This document shows positions 21,013 to 31,142 of a DNA stretch of 64,000 nt, one piece after another. The stretch is from Candidatus Thorarchaeota archaeon (GTDB lineage Archaea; Asgardarchaeota; Thorarchaeia; Thorarchaeales; Thorarchaeaceae). Under the pieces are notes generated by a model. That model saw nothing but the letters and a program-made list of their open reading frames with translations. It ran no database searches and was not told the origin of the DNA. Both the position numbers and the translations under genes were made by a program. Where the stretch lies: contig JAWOEX010000022.1 of the NCBI GenBank assembly GCA_046482545.1, forward strand, positions 62,613-126,612. Reading direction: 5' to 3'. How positions within the stretch are numbered: position 1 is the stretch's first letter; each line of letters opens with the position of its first letter.

Positions 21013-21115
21013 TGGCGGGCCGGGAGGGACTTGAACCCTCGAAGTCCAACTTTCTTCAAGCCAATGAGTTGGCGTCTAGAAGGCTGGTGCCCTATCCGGG
21101 CTAGGCAACCGGCCC
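21013..21115 (-). tRNA. tRNA-Arg(TCT) with 25-nt canonical 37/38 intron (21052-21076)
   Basis: GGGCCGG/CCGGCCC-GCCA; CCAGC-CTTCTA|intron|A-GTTGG; BHB central helix CTTC/GAAG. Confidence 0.92.
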
Positions 21116-21267
21116 ATACACTTCCTGCCTGAACTCCATATCGTCATAAAGCTTTCCGCTTAGTCATTGGACTGTCCAACACTGTTCCACGGCAGGATTG
21201 TCTTCACTCATTCTGTGCTTTAGGAAGCACACGCCTGTGACATTTGAAGGATGGGAATTCAGCGAAT

Positions 21268-21516
21268 TCATTGTACAATGAACGACGGTGGATAGGTAAC
21301 AAAGTATTGAACAACAATGGCTAGCACAACCCCTCCAAAGACGAGGCCCTTTCCACGTTTCTGGTTCACCTCTGTAAACCATAATATGGCTCCTGTAAGA
21401 ACAACTATGACCGCCGATGAGTACCCGATAAGAATCAGAAAATCCCATATTTCAGCAAAATACGTCATAATCATCTTGGCGAAATTTGTAAGCGGGCTTA
21501 ACATTGGGAAATGCAT
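21268..21516 (-). CDS. Small two-helix membrane protein
   Basis: Two hydrophobic segments flanking a basic loop (NQKRGK); upstream TATA-like TTAAAT. Confidence 0.6.
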   Translation of the reverse strand: MHFPMLSPLTNFAKMIMTYFAEIWDFLILIGYSSAVIVVLTGAILWFTEVNQKRGKGLVFGGVVLAIVVQYFVTYPPSFIVQ

Positions 21517-21612
21517 CGTATCTCACAGATTTAGATATGTTGATACCAAATTTAAGGTCGTGAAATCGGTTCTTACAGTCAACTAGGTTAGTAGATACAA
21601 CCTGAAATGATT

Positions 21613-22419
21613 CTAGTTTCTCATCAATCCTCTGCAGAACGCGTCAATGTTGAGTCCAAGGTCCGCATGGTTGTACCCCCCTTCGAGAACTCCGTATCTC
21701 CGTCCATCACATCTTTTCTTGGCATAAGTACTAATGATTCTCCCGATTTCACGAAACGCTTCGGTTGAGAGATTCCCACCCCACCCCTCTTTGTACTGAT
21801 CGAAACCAGCTGACGCAACGATAACATCTACTGGTGGACTGTTGGCAAGCATATCTTCGATCTCGGATAGATACGCTTCGTCTCCTTTGCTGCTGGGATT
21901 GTGGATTACAAAGTTGTCATCAGCACCTAAAATATTGATAGTGCCGTCGCCAGTGTGCAAATCGAAGTCGAGAATAAATGCTGATTCTATGATTTTCTCC
22001 GCTCGCAAATCTAGCAGCGAAATTGCTACATTGTTGAAATAACAGAAACCCCAATACCCCCGTCTTGAAGCATGATGTCCAGGCGGCCTAACAAGAGCGA
22101 ATGAAGGGATTCCTTCAGCGGCAATATGTGCAGCTCTTATTGCTCCTCCAGCAGCTAAAGTCGCTAATCGATAAACTTCCGCAATAGAGGAACCATAATC
22201 CTCTTCTGAGACACTATTAACATGAGATTTAGCGTGTGCGCGTAAAATTTGCTCCTTCGTTGCAGGCTCAGGTTCTACAAATTCATATTCAGTGCTGCTC
22301 TTGAGAATTTCTATTGTTGTGTCTAGTCTTCCAGGTGCACCTGCTGGTGTCCTGTCATAAGATTTCTGCATGTCTGGGTGGTATACAATCTGCAATTCTT
22401 GTCTCATCCAATGGTGCAT
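21613..22419 (-). CDS. Histone deacetylase-family (Zn-dependent deacylase) protein
   Basis: RPPGHHA, GFCYFNN, DFDLHTGDG, SAGFD, LEGGY. Confidence 0.92.
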   Translation of the reverse strand: MHHWMRQELQIVYHPDMQKSYDRTPAGAPGRLDTTIEILKSSTEYEFVEPEPATKEQILRAHAKSHVNSVSEEDYGSSIAEVYRLATLAAGGAIRAAHIAAEGIPSFALVRPPGHHASRRGYWGFCYFNNVAISLLDLRAEKIIESAFILDFDLHTGDGTINILGADDNFVIHNPSSKGDEAYLSEIEDMLANSPPVDVIVASAGFDQYKEGWGGNLSTEAFREIGRIISTYAKKRCDGRRYGVLEGGYNHADLGLNIDAFCRGLMRN

Positions 22420-22504
22420 CTAAACGACTTGCTCAGAAGTATTCAGTATTCCATTCATCTACTTTGCCTTGTTTAAGAATTGCTTAGGAAAAACTTAGAG
22501 TGCG

Positions 22505-22530
22505 GGGCAGAAATCTTGCGGTTTCTGCCC
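22505..22530. terminator. Hairpin downstream of rpl12
   Basis: GGGCAGAAA-N8-TTTCTGCCC inverted repeat. Confidence 0.5.
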
Positions 22531-22567
22531 TTTGAAATCATGAAGGAGACGAACTGCCGGGGCTTTT

Positions 22568-22867
22568 CTATCCAAATAGGCTGCCCAATCCCTCGGTAGC
22601 TTCATCTTCCTCTTCTTCTTCCTCTTCTTCCTCTTCCTCAGCAGGCTCTTCAGCAGGTCCTTCTCCTGCGGTAGCTGCGGGTGCAGCTGGCATTGCTGCA
22701 CTCTTCAGGGCATCGTCAATATCGACACCATCGAGAGCGGCAATCAGGGCCTTAATCCTGCCCGGTTCAGCCTCTATATCAGCCGCCTTAAGGACAGCCT
22801 CCATATTATCTGATTCAATCTCTTTGCCTGCTTTATGAAGCAGTAGTGCTGCGTATACATATTCCAT
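22568..22867 (-). CDS. rpl12: Ribosomal stalk protein P1/L12
   Basis: [11 protein letters not shown], acidic hinge, GLGSLFG. Confidence 0.95.
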   Translation of the reverse strand: MEYVYAALLLHKAGKEIESDNMEAVLKAADIEAEPGRIKALIAALDGVDIDDALKSAAMPAAPAATAGEGPAEEPAEEEEEEEEEEEDEATEGLGSLFG

Positions 22868-22894
22868 CTCTTGATACCTCTCTAAATTATTCTC

Positions 22895-23926
22895 TTATCC
22901 GAACATTGTTCCTAGGCCTTCGGTTGCCTCTACTTCATCATCCTCATCCTCTTCGTCATCGCTCCCATCAACCTCTGGTTTTGCCTGAGCTTGCTGTGCC
23001 GGAGATGCAGTTGGAACAGAACTGATCTCATCAATGAGTTCTGAGGGTATTGCGTCAGGATTCTCATCAGCAATCTGCTTTGCTAATGCTAGTGATTCTG
23101 CGTTGGCCTTTGCAAGAAAGTCACCCATCATGTCTGGCACCACAAAACCGGTGCTTAGAGCTAGGCTCTTGGCCTCTCTATCAGCCTTAGCTATGACCAT
23201 CGGAATAGTGTCAGCTGTGGGATAGCCTGCATTGATTGACAGATTGACTGCGTACTGGTGACCAATGATGACTTCCTTGAATAGGTCTTGAAGGTCAGTT
23301 TCAAGGTCGTTCTCGATCAGAAGTGCGCCATCGGCATACGCTGCAATAAGTTTCAACTGCAATTCCATAGGTTCTATGCCCAGTCTTCCGAGCATCTGTG
23401 CCATGGCATTGGATACGATTTTCCCTGCTTCAACCGCAACGGTTTCTTCGGTGATATGAATAACGCCACCTTTTACACGCGAGGGGATGTCGAGGGCTGC
23501 TAGCTCACTGATAAAGGGACCGGGTGCAACTCCAGTATTCATTGATGGGACAATGATGTCTTTTGGTGTAACCTGACCACCCTTTGCTGGTGCTGCAGCT
23601 TTATTTTCTCTCAAGAATTGACTGAGCTTAAAGGGATTCTGATCGCTAAAGACAAAAGCAACTGGTCCTTTTACATGATTCTCAAGTTTCTGAATACCCT
23701 CCTTGTCCACCTTTTCGATGGCCCTTTTCATAAGGGTATTTCGTGCCATTTTGATAACGGCTGAGCCTCTAAGGCTTTCTCGGATACCATGCATTTGCTT
23801 GGCACCAACGCCTTCAACATTGACAAGACCAACCATCTCGCTATCTTCAATCATGTCACTGAGTTTCTTTACCATGTCCTTCTTCCATTGTGGAACCTTG
23901 TGTTCATATACTGTCATGCATCTCAC
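22895..23926 (-). CDS. rplP0: Ribosomal protein uL10/P0
   Basis: PQWK, MARNTL, NPFKL, GLGTMFG. Confidence 0.95.
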   Translation of the reverse strand: MRCMTVYEHKVPQWKKDMVKKLSDMIEDSEMVGLVNVEGVGAKQMHGIRESLRGSAVIKMARNTLMKRAIEKVDKEGIQKLENHVKGPVAFVFSDQNPFKLSQFLRENKAAAPAKGGQVTPKDIIVPSMNTGVAPGPFISELAALDIPSRVKGGVIHITEETVAVEAGKIVSNAMAQMLGRLGIEPMELQLKLIAAYADGALLIENDLETDLQDLFKEVIIGHQYAVNLSINAGYPTADTIPMVIAKADREAKSLALSTGFVVPDMMGDFLAKANAESLALAKQIADENPDAIPSELIDEISSVPTASPAQQAQAKPEVDGSDDEEDEDDEVEATEGLGTMFG

Positions 23927-23929
23927 CCC

Positions 23930-24589
23930 TTATCGTGGTACTTCGATTGCTGGGCCCATGGTTGTCTTCACATAGACGCTTTCAACTCTCCGAGATAGCC
24001 CCTTATCCCGTACAAAGTCGATTACTGCATCAGTGTTTTCAGCTATCTGCTCGTCACTCATCCGTTCGTGACCGACTTTAACATGAAATGTTGGTGTGTT
24101 TCTCATTCTAATTCTGACAGTTCTTTGATACTGCTCAACTACACCACCAAGATTAGCTTCCGGTGGATAGGGTTTGGGCATTTTGCCTCTAGGACCTAGT
24201 AATTGTCCCAAATATCTACCAACAAGCGGCATCGCCTCGCGTGCAGCAATGAAGAAATCATATTCCTTCACTACTGATTTCTGCCTGCTCTTGTCTTCCC
24301 CTATTTCTGCTATTTCTTCTTTGGAAATGACTTTGGATACACCTGCCGCTTTTGCGTTTTCAGCAAATTCTCCGTCACCAAAGGCACATACCTTTGACGG
24401 GGGATACAATTCATTCGGAAGAATCAATTCTTCGTTAAAGCGGTTTTCCGGGTCAGACATATCAATTTCTTTTGTCCGGAAGTTAACAGCAGTATCAAAA
24501 CTCTGTTCGAAGTTTATTCCTCGTGCTATTCCTTTCTCTCTGGCCTCAGATACAGCTTCTTGTATATCATTAAATTCGTATGCCACCAT
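23930..24589 (-). CDS. rpl1: Ribosomal protein uL1
   Basis: LGPRGKMP, VKTTMGP. Confidence 0.95.
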   Translation of the reverse strand: MVAYEFNDIQEAVSEAREKGIARGINFEQSFDTAVNFRTKEIDMSDPENRFNEELILPNELYPPSKVCAFGDGEFAENAKAAGVSKVISKEEIAEIGEDKSRQKSVVKEYDFFIAAREAMPLVGRYLGQLLGPRGKMPKPYPPEANLGGVVEQYQRTVRIRMRNTPTFHVKVGHERMSDEQIAENTDAVIDFVRDKGLSRRVESVYVKTTMGPAIEVPR

Positions 24590-25096
24590 CTACTCCTCCC
24601 TAAATGGCTCATCAAGCTGCTCATCCCACTCACCACTGGCCACTTCTTCTTGGAAGACTTTGGGATCCTTCCCTTCAATTGTGACTCCCATTGACACACA
24701 GGTGCCCGCTACAGTTAGAACAGCAGATTTCATATCTAGTGCAGTCAAATCTTTGGCCTTACCCTTTGCAACTTCCTTCAGCTGCTCAAGGCTTATGTCT
24801 CCAACTTTTGTGAGGTTCGGTTCGCCAGAACCTTGTGGTGCACCTACTTGCTTGAGTATGAGTGCACTTGTTGGAGGTGTACCCACCTCGACTTCGAATT
24901 CCTTGGAAGATGGATCAACGATAATGGTGACAGGTACCTTTAGGCCTTTGTATGGTTCAGTAACCTCATTGATTTCTTGCACTACTTGGTATATATTAAC
25001 ACCAGTTGGACCTAAAGCGGGACCTATTGGAGGCCCACCAGACGCCTTACCGCCTTCCACCATGGCATCCACAGTTATCTTGTTCGCTTCACTCAT
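24590..25096 (-). CDS. rpl11: Ribosomal protein uL11
   Basis: GGKASGGPPIGPALGP, GTCVSMG; start placed at MSEANK. Confidence 0.95.
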   Translation of the reverse strand: MSEANKITVDAMVEGGKASGGPPIGPALGPTGVNIYQVVQEINEVTEPYKGLKVPVTIIVDPSSKEFEVEVGTPPTSALILKQVGAPQGSGEPNLTKVGDISLEQLKEVAKGKAKDLTALDMKSAVLTVAGTCVSMGVTIEGKDPKVFQEEVASGEWDEQLDEPFREE

Positions 25097-25302
25097 TTCA
25101 AACACAACTCCATATGCAGTTGTAGGTTCAGACAAATTTGTCTGAGAAATTGTTCGACCTGCCAATGAAAATCAGATTCACACTTGACAAGGTCTACTGC
25201 ATCAGTTGTCACTTTTCATCACCCCAGACATGACGTCAAAGCGTTCATGTCCGATTAAGGAGCTACAATGTGGTTGACTCGTAGTCAGGTTTTAAGCATT
25301 GT

Positions 25303-25613
25303 GGACTAGTATAACCCGCTTCTTACAGTTCAGCAAACTCAACCTGTTTGAATCTTCTATGTTCCACCCTGCCCCTGCCAGCCTCACCGCCCCTTTCGGC
25401 CCTTCAGTTGGCAGAGGTTTTGTCCATGTTTATCCCAATGGGTTCTTCGCACGGTCTAGGCTTTGTCTGCTTATCATCATCCCGGGTCAACACTCCCGGT
25501 GAGAGGAAATCCTTCCACAGTTCTTACCCCTGCGGGGTCATAATCATCTGACCCAGCTTTGTCACCGCCGCCGAGAAGGTTCATTTGGACATGGAGCTTC
25601 GCCGCACCAGTCC
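25303..25613 (-). ncRNA. Orphan copy of the tnpB 3'/omegaRNA-like region (non-autonomous element or trans-acting scaffold)
   Basis: Colinear with 61301-61600: 62/93 identities without gaps in the 5' block and 35/39 in the GGCGGTGA...GGGTGGAACA.AGAAG block; no adjacent tnpB. Confidence 0.7.
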
Positions 25614-25842
25614 GGAATCAATGACTTAGGATGACTTCTCCAATAGATGAAGAAAATATCATTTTGCTATGATGATTTCTTATTTGAGAAGATAGATGAC
25701 ACCAATCTTTCCCAGAATGAATTCAAATACTCAATCTTGATTATTCAAGGCTTTTCTTGGTTCAGAAAAATTGTAGGGCTTCAGGGAGATTTCACAAAGG
25801 TTTTACATCTTGACATGCTGATTTTTTAGGATTTTGTAAGAT

Positions 25843-26475
25843 TCAGCGCGCCCAGAATCCACCCTCTTCTTCCTCTTCCTCGGTTTCTTCTGGTTCTGCT
25901 TTTTCAACAAGCTTGGCGAAGTCTGCATGAACTCTTATCGGGATTGTATGTGGGCTATCAAGCAATTCTAGAATAAGTTCTCCTTTTGCTGATTCTACTC
26001 TCACTACCTTAGCCCGTTCCCCCTTGAACGCTCCAGAAATAATCTCAACAAGGTCCCCTACTGAAATTCCTTCTGCAGCAGGTGGGGGTACAAGGAACTT
26101 GTCAATTTCTTCCAATGTTACCTTTCCACCGACACGCCCTCGTACGTGGGGAATCCCCTGAATTGCCAATTCTACATCTCTGAACTCCATTGTTTCAAGG
26201 AAAATATAACCCCTCAGAGTGCCCGGAACTAGAACCGCTTTAACCCGTCCTTGTAGTTTATTCTCTGACACCAGCTTAGGAGTGCTTTCTCCTTCCGCCT
26301 GGTCGCATTCCTGTATATGCTCTCCTGCCTCTTTCTTTGAATCAAATTCCCTTTTGCAGAATGGGCATACCCAGATATCCTTTGCACTGGTTACGGCAGT
26401 AGTGATTAGATCCGCAACACTCTTCTCCTGCCCAATTGTAGTTCGTACTGCGTAGATATTGCCAGTGGACTGCAT
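25843..26475 (-). CDS. spt5: Transcription elongation factor Spt5 (NusG) with inserted C2HC zinc finger
   Basis: IYAVRTTIGQE, LRGYIFLE, KOW GDLVEIISGAFKGE; start at MQSTG after GGAGG. Confidence 0.93.
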   Translation of the reverse strand: MQSTGNIYAVRTTIGQEKSVADLITTAVTSAKDIWVCPFCKREFDSKKEAGEHIQECDQAEGESTPKLVSENKLQGRVKAVLVPGTLRGYIFLETMEFRDVELAIQGIPHVRGRVGGKVTLEEIDKFLVPPPAAEGISVGDLVEIISGAFKGERAKVVRVESAKGELILELLDSPHTIPIRVHADFAKLVEKAEPEETEEEEEEGGFWAR

Positions 26476-26519
26476 ATACAAAACCTCCAAGGTTGGTGGA
26501 TTAATACCTCTTAGTCGGA

Positions 26520-26696
26520 TTATTGCCAGTTTTGAGTTACGATTGCCATCAAGGTTTGGATTATGAAGGCTAAGAAACCTACGAGAACCATGGCTAGCAG
26601 ACTGATTCTCGCACTCAACCACATTTCGTCCTTAGATGGCTTCGTAGATAGCTTCAAGATTCGTCGCGCTTCACGAATGAAATCTGCTATACCCAT
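26520..26696 (-). CDS. secE: Protein translocase SecE/Sec61-gamma (58 aa, absent from ORF track)
   Basis: MGIADFIREARRILKLSTKPSKDE followed by a TM helix; canonical ftsZ-secE-spt5 position. Confidence 0.92.
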   Translation of the reverse strand: MGIADFIREARRILKLSTKPSKDEMWLSARISLLAMVLVGFLAFIIQTLMAIVTQNWQ

Positions 26697-26796
26697 CTTT
26701 ATTCACGTCGCTGTTAGCAATTACCTCTCGGTCGGTGACCTTCATCGTTGCCAATCAAGATTCTCTTTTAATGCTTTCTGAGTATACAGTACGAGG

Positions 26797-27939
26797 TTAC
26801 TCTATTCTTGGAAGGTCTAAGTCACCTTTCAGGTCTTCAGCTAGCGGCGTTACTGGTTCAGAACGTGAATTAATAATCCATGGAGATTTGACGCCAGAGG
26901 CGATTACGGTGACTCGCAGCTTATTCTCCATTTCAGGCTGGATAAGCGCACCATAGATAACTTCAGCATTTGGATTAACCTGCTCAGTTATCAGTTCCAC
27001 AACATGTTTTGCTTCCTGTAGCTGGAGATCGGTACTTCCACTCACATTGATCAGTATATTTCTTGCATTCTCTATTGACACATCTATCAATGGATTGCGC
27101 AATGCATTGAAGACGGCTTCGTCTGCTCTATCTTCTCCTTCGCCTTCACCTAAAGCGATTATCGAGACTCCTCCATTCTTCATGGTTGTGCGAACATCAG
27201 CGAAATCGAGGTTGACAAGCCCGGGCCTAGATATGAGCTCAGCTATCCCTTTCACCGCCCTAACAAGAATCTCATCAGCAACCATGAACGCCTCAGGTAA
27301 TGACAAATCAGGTGCAATCTCCAAAAGCTTCTCGTTTGGTATTGCTATCAGGGTGTCTACATGTTCCATTAGATCATTGAGTCCGCGTTGGGCATTCTTC
27401 TTTCGTGTTCTTCCTTCTACTTCAAAGGGCAAACATACAATGGCGACAGTTAATGCTCCGTTTTCTTTCGCAGCTTTAGCAATATGAGGAGCTGCACCCG
27501 TTCCAGTCCCGCCACCCATGCCCGCAGTTATGAAAACTAAATCCCCGCCAATGACCTCCTGCATTACATCATATGTTTCAACAGCGGCTGCCTCACCTAG
27601 ATCGGGATCATTTCCTGCACCCAACCCTCCGCAGGTTTCCTTTCCTAATAGTAGCTTGTGATGGGAATTTGAGAAGTAAAGGTCTTGGGCATCTGTGTTA
27701 ACGGCCATAGTCTCAGCCCCTTCCACTCCTACTTCCATCAATCTAGTGACTGCATTGTTGCCTGCTCCACCAACACCAACTACGAGAATTCTTGCACTGG
27801 CTGTTTCGAGTAATTCTGCAAGCTCATCGTCACTGGTGGAAGATTGAACATGTGTTCTCTTGCCCCTCGTTCTTCTAGGGTCTTCGCTATTCGGCGATTC
27901 GTTTAAAACTCCTTCAACAAGCGGATGCATCAATGTCAC
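26797..27939 (-). CDS. ftsZ: Cell division protein FtsZ
   Basis: [29 protein letters not shown]. Confidence 0.97.
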   Translation of the reverse strand: MTLMHPLVEGVLNESPNSEDPRRTRGKRTHVQSSTSDDELAELLETASARILVVGVGGAGNNAVTRLMEVGVEGAETMAVNTDAQDLYFSNSHHKLLLGKETCGGLGAGNDPDLGEAAAVETYDVMQEVIGGDLVFITAGMGGGTGTGAAPHIAKAAKENGALTVAIVCLPFEVEGRTRKKNAQRGLNDLMEHVDTLIAIPNEKLLEIAPDLSLPEAFMVADEILVRAVKGIAELISRPGLVNLDFADVRTTMKNGGVSIIALGEGEGEDRADEAVFNALRNPLIDVSIENARNILINVSGSTDLQLQEAKHVVELITEQVNPNAEVIYGALIQPEMENKLRVTVIASGVKSPWIINSRSEPVTPLAEDLKGDLDLPRIE

Positions 27940-28031
27940 CTATTTCGGACTGTTAATATCCAGATGTCATTGAAACAAAAACCAGAATATTCTCCGGGTA
28001 TTATACCCATGTGACCAGTTCCATCTACAAA

Positions 28032-28967
28032 TTATCTGAAAGTTCGTAGAATTGAATCCATGTTGATTCCATACTGAGAAAGCAGTTCGTATGTCTGTTT
28101 CAGGGTTGGTCCATTCTGTGCACCAGGTTCCTTGATTGTCAATGCAGCTACTGCATTGCCCATGTGTAAAGCCAGTTCGATATCCTCAGATCTGGTCCAA
28201 GCCGTTATGAATCCCGCTGCAAACGAGTCTCCAGCACCGAGCGTATCTGTTACTGAGACTTCAAATGCTCTTGAGCTATAGATATCGAATCCGTCTGTCG
28301 CCATTGTACCATCTTTCCCTCGTTTGAGTATGACTATACCCGGCAGCTCCTTGCCAAGCTTCTTGAGATTTGTTTCTGTGAGTTCCACATTGAAGTATCT
28401 ACTGAGCTCCTCATCATTCAGAAAAAGAAGATCTACATACGGCAAGACAGTCGAGAAATCAATATTCCCGGCTTCACGTCCGGGGTCTAATGATAGCACA
28501 ATTCCTTCTGAAGTCGCTATTCTGGCGGCCTCCGATATGATATTTGGAAAACCACCAGCAATGTGAATAGTCCTAGCAGTTGCAACCTTTTTCCTTTTTA
28601 GGGTGATTTCTTCGAGATGTTGGTTGGCCCCTGCTTCTGCAATTACAAAGCTTGCTTGTTTATCCTTTCTTACAAGAAAAAAGAGACCAGTGGATTGACC
28701 CGCAATGGACTGAACCATGCTAGTGTCAACCCCGTTCTCAGAGATTGTCTTGACTGCATCTCGGCCGTAGAAATCATCTCCAACGCATGCAATTAGTTTG
28801 GTCTTCACTCCCAGACGAGCAGAGTGCACCGCGAAGTTCGCAGCTGACCCCCCAATAGATACACTGCTGGACTTCGCCATCGTATGCTGTGCATCTTTTG
28901 GGAGCTCGTCGATATCCATCATGAGGTCAATATTGACCCGGCCAATGGATACAGTCTCTACACCCAA
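28032..28967 (-). CDS. PfkB-family carbohydrate/nucleoside kinase
   Basis: GGSAAN, DTLGAGDSF. Confidence 0.9.
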   Translation of the reverse strand: MGVETVSIGRVNIDLMMDIDELPKDAQHTMAKSSSVSIGGSAANFAVHSARLGVKTKLIACVGDDFYGRDAVKTISENGVDTSMVQSIAGQSTGLFFLVRKDKQASFVIAEAGANQHLEEITLKRKKVATARTIHIAGGFPNIISEAARIATSEGIVLSLDPGREAGNIDFSTVLPYVDLLFLNDEELSRYFNVELTETNLKKLGKELPGIVILKRGKDGTMATDGFDIYSSRAFEVSVTDTLGAGDSFAAGFITAWTRSEDIELALHMGNAVAALTIKEPGAQNGPTLKQTYELLSQYGINMDSILRTFR

Positions 28968-28979
28968 ATATCCCGCCTC

Positions 28980-29903
28980 TCACATCAACAATGCGAGAAT
29001 CGCTTTCTGAGCGTGCAGTCGGTTTTCTGCTTGATCGAAAACAACAGAGTGTGGTCCATCCATTACCTCACTTGTGATTTCTTCCTCACGATGGGCTGGC
29101 AAGCAATGCATAACAATCACGTCTGGCTTAGCATGACTCACCAAATCCTTATTGATCTGGAATGGCATCAGTCTCTCTGTTTCTTCCTTCGTTCTATCCT
29201 CCCCCATGCTAAAGAAGGTATCAGTATAGATGATATCAGCGTCCTTTACCGCCTCAACAGGGTCATTGACAATCTTAAGATCTGTACCATGTTTCTCGCT
29301 GAGCTCCTCTGCTCGCTTCATTATCTCTTTTTCTGGGGTATGACCCTTGGGGGATCCGATGGTAACGTCCATTCCCATAATGGTACAGCCCTGCATGATG
29401 GAATTACTGACGTTATTCGAATCGCCAACATACGTAATCTTCAACCCTTCCAGCTCGCCTTTGTTCTCTTCTATTGTGAACAAATCGGCAGTAATTTGGC
29501 ATGGGTGAAGGAAGTCAGTCAGACCGTTTATCACGGGAACCGTGCTATGCTCGGCAAGTCCTGTAATCTCGCTGTGTGCGTATACACGGGCCATAATACC
29601 TTCACAATATCTGCTCAGCACTTTTGCTGTATCACCAATTGTCTCCCCGCGTGCTAGCTGTGTTCCACTCTTGCCCAGATATAGGGCGTGGCCACCGAGC
29701 TGAGTCATGCCCACTTCGAACGAAGTGCGAGTGCGCGTACTTGACTTCATAAAAACCATCGCGAGACTAGATCCCTTAAGAATCGGATGGGGCTCTCCTT
29801 TCTTGAGCTTCTCTTTCAATTCATAGCTCTTGTCGAGTATTTTTCTAAGATCGTTTCGCTGCCAGTTGTACAAATCAACAAAATGTCTTCCTTTCAGACT
29901 CAC
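28980..29903 (-). CDS. argF: Ornithine carbamoyltransferase
   Basis: STRTR, HPCQ, SMG, HCLP, AENR. Confidence 0.95.
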   Translation of the reverse strand: MSLKGRHFVDLYNWQRNDLRKILDKSYELKEKLKKGEPHPILKGSSLAMVFMKSSTRTRTSFEVGMTQLGGHALYLGKSGTQLARGETIGDTAKVLSRYCEGIMARVYAHSEITGLAEHSTVPVINGLTDFLHPCQITADLFTIEENKGELEGLKITYVGDSNNVSNSIMQGCTIMGMDVTIGSPKGHTPEKEIMKRAEELSEKHGTDLKIVNDPVEAVKDADIIYTDTFFSMGEDRTKEETERLMPFQINKDLVSHAKPDVIVMHCLPAHREEEITSEVMDGPHSVVFDQAENRLHAQKAILALLM

Positions 29904-30013
29904 GGTTATTCCCTCTAAACTAAATGCGTCTAACCGAAATGAATTCTCAAGAATAAATAAACATGTTCACATCGTCATTTTCTGTTCTCTTCATCAGAAA
30001 GATGAGTGTCTTG

Positions 30014-30220
30014 ATAACCCGTTTCATACAGTTCAGCAAACTGCGTGAAACTTCTGTGTCCATCCTTCCTCTGCCAAGGTCGCCGATTTCAAGGCTATCC
30101 AATACGCCCTTGAGTTAGCAGGGGCTTTGTCTGTGTTCGCTGGAATAGGATACCTCTTACAATCCGGGTTTCCTTCCACTGTCATCGGGAGTGTTGACCC
30201 GGGATGACGATGGGGGAAGG
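30014..30220 (-). ncRNA. Second, partial orphan omegaRNA-like copy with an inverted internal hairpin
   Basis: 3' end is 27/29 identical to the 25.3-kb copy (AGTTTGCTGAACTGTA.GAA.CGGGTTAT); another block 26/33; a shared 22-mer is present in the opposite orientation. Confidence 0.65.
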
Positions 30221-30232
30221 TAGTGTCATTTG

Positions 30233-31138
30233 TTAACCTACAAGTCTCTCAGCAAACCATTCCGGATTGAATTTCCTGAGGTCTTTGTATCCCTGCCCAA
30301 TACCGACATATACGATTGGTTTCCCGGTAATGTATGTAATGGATAATGCGGCACCCCCGGAGGGATCAGCATCAATCTTTGTTAGAATAGCTCCATCAAT
30401 TCCGATGGCCTTGTGGAACTCCTTAGCCTGGGATGCTGCATCATTTCCTGCAAGGGCATCACCCACAAAAAGTTTCAAATCTGGTTCTGAAACTCTTGCT
30501 ATCTTTTTCATCTCTTCAAGCAGGTTCTTGTTGCTCTGCATTCGCCCCGCAGTATCTATCAATACCACATCAAGACCTTTTGCTTTGGCATGTGCAACGG
30601 CGTCATATGCAATGGCTGCAGCGTCACTTCCATAATCCTGCTTTATCACTCTCACACCTAGTCGATCAGCATGCCGTTGGAGTTGTTCTATGCTGCCAGC
30701 ACGAAATGTGTCGGCTGCTGCAATAACAACGGAGAAATCATAACCTTTGAAGACGTGAGCCATTTTTGCTAATGTTGTTGTTTTGCCTGTGCCATTCACA
30801 CCAACGAAAAGAATTGTTGTGCTTTCTCCCTGCTCCTTGCGTTCTTTTGCGAATTCTAAGATGTCCAATGGCTCCTCAGGTTCAAGTACTTCAAGAACAG
30901 AATCATAAACCGCTTTCTGAAATAGCTTGGTAAGATTCTCGAGTCTTCCAGTTCTTTTGCCCAGTAATTTTTGTTTTGTTAACTCACATATACGTTCAGC
31001 AACTTCCACCGCAACATCATTCTGTATAAGTACTAGCTGCAATTCCCAAACCACATCAGAGAGATTCTCCTCATTCAGTTCTCTTGTGGTGGCCTTGGTA
31101 ACTGCAGTATCAATTGCGCTGCGGAGATTGTCAAACAA
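30233..31138 (-). CDS. ftsY: SRP receptor FtsY
   Basis: GVNGTGKTT, DTFRAG, DTAGR, TKID, GIGQ; TTG start at MFDNL. Confidence 0.95.
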   Translation of the reverse strand: MFDNLRSAIDTAVTKATTRELNEENLSDVVWELQLVLIQNDVAVEVAERICELTKQKLLGKRTGRLENLTKLFQKAVYDSVLEVLEPEEPLDILEFAKERKEQGESTTILFVGVNGTGKTTTLAKMAHVFKGYDFSVVIAAADTFRAGSIEQLQRHADRLGVRVIKQDYGSDAAAIAYDAVAHAKAKGLDVVLIDTAGRMQSNKNLLEEMKKIARVSEPDLKLFVGDALAGNDAASQAKEFHKAIGIDGAILTKIDADPSGGAALSITYITGKPIVYVGIGQGYKDLRKFNPEWFAERLVG

Positions 31139-31142
31139 ACAT

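Noticed and set aside
21268-21516. VirB2/TrbC pilin
   Set aside because: Topology is similar but no secretion-system genes are nearby.
24174-25145. 323-aa plus-strand ORF, and similar antisense ORFs such as 28884-29657, 6138-6734 and 60868-61578
   Set aside because: Shadow frames opposite well-supported genes.
25601-25609. GCCGCACCA matching the tRNA-Gly 3' end as an att duplication
   Set aside because: Only 9 nt, in inverted orientation relative to the tRNA gene, and no integrase is in the window.
25303-25613. RNase P RNA or SRP RNA
   Set aside because: Size and terminal pairing fit, but the RNase P GAGGAA-N-UCC P4 motif and the SRP helix-8 motif are absent; homology to the tnpB 3' region explains the segment better.
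26476-26622. Long Spt5 N-terminus from the ORF track
   Set aside because: It overlaps secE in another frame; the SD supports a start at 26475.
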